NCBI GenBank assembly: GCA_964250775.1
Contig: CAXUHK010000001.1
Coordinates: 1 to 50,478, forward strand
Direction of reading: 5' to 3'
Length of the DNA: 50,478 nt
Source of the DNA: an uncultured Acetobacteraceae bacterium
Lineage (GTDB): Bacteria > Pseudomonadota > Alphaproteobacteria > Acetobacterales > Acetobacteraceae
The notes beneath the pieces were generated by a model that saw only the letters and a program-made list of their open reading frames with translations, was not told where the DNA came from and made no database searches. Both the position numbers and the translations under genes were made by a program. Positions 50,273 to 50,478 of this stretch are shown piece after piece. How positions within the stretch are numbered: position 1 is the first letter of the stretch; each line of letters starts with the position of its first letter.

Positions 50273-50404
50273 CGTTGGCCGGGAGGTCGGAAGATGAAGC
50301 GATTGCATAGAGATATCCACGCACGACGGTTTCGATGAAGCTATCCCACTGTTCGGTCGTGAGCTGACCCACGTCGGTCTTGCGCAGCTTGCCGAGATAC
50401 GCGC
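50262..50404 (-). CDS. 3' end of an ORF truncated by the junk contig edge
   Basis: The open frame reads ...YLGKLRKTDVGQLTTEQWDSFIETVVRGYLYAIASSSDLPANDGE* and ends 8 nt inside the primase start. Confidence 0.3.
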
Positions 50405-50478
50405 CCCCGGCCCCCCCCCCCCCCCCCGCCCCCCCCCCCCCCCCGGGGGGGGGGCGCGGAGTAGGGGGGGGGGCCCCC
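50405..50478. other. G/C homopolymer-rich low-complexity contig end
   Basis: It consists of long C runs followed by G runs with no coding signal. Confidence 0.6.

Noticed and set aside
1-50478. Terminal G/C tracts as cos sites, telomeres or terminal inverted repeats
   Set aside because: The two ends are not reverse complements of each other. They are pure homopolymer runs and they truncate ORFs, which fits an artefact better.

Overview
This is a high-GC window made almost entirely of phage-derived DNA. It has no rRNA, no CRISPR array, no intact tRNA and no recognisable integrase or transposase. Both contig ends (1-60 and 50405-50478) are G/C homopolymer junk.

Element 2 (about 8075 to beyond 50478) looks like a largely intact temperate myovirus-type prophage, mostly on the minus strand. 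From right to left it carries:
- a prim-pol/DUF3987 replication protein
- a mixed-orientation early/regulatory region of many small ORFs
- a clan GH-A glycoside hydrolase
- small and large terminase, a DUF4055-type portal, scaffold and a P22-type coat protein
- head-tail genes, sheath, tube and a chaperone with a -1 frameshift site
- tape measure, a Mu/P2-like baseplate and two large fibre/tailspike genes
- an AT-rich GT90 glycosyltransferase moron on the opposite strand
- a lysis cassette split by a nucleotide-metabolism cargo island

Element 2 ends at an orphan 3' half of tRNA-Pro(CGG) at 8030-8074, which I read as an att remnant. The intact tRNA and the integrase are therefore expected beyond the right edge of the window.

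Element 1 (about 78-8000) is a higher-GC, decayed relative in mirror orientation. It carries a paralogous lysis cassette with three visible lesions:
- a perfect 217-bp tandem duplication that frameshifts the endolysin
- an in-frame TAG in the lipoprotein gene
- loss of the stop between the spanin-like ORFs

Element 1 also has a frameshifted structural gene and a chain of small translationally coupled cargo and regulatory ORFs (DUF29, DUF2158, HTH and RHH types).

The most unusual non-genic structures are:
- a roughly 515-bp AT-rich, ORF-poor locus with nested, concentric inverted iteron arrays (42803-43316)
- a four-copy conserved promoter/leader cassette with fixed internal spacing in front of four unrelated small genes (41167-44216)

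All family names come from motif recognition by eye. No database search was run.
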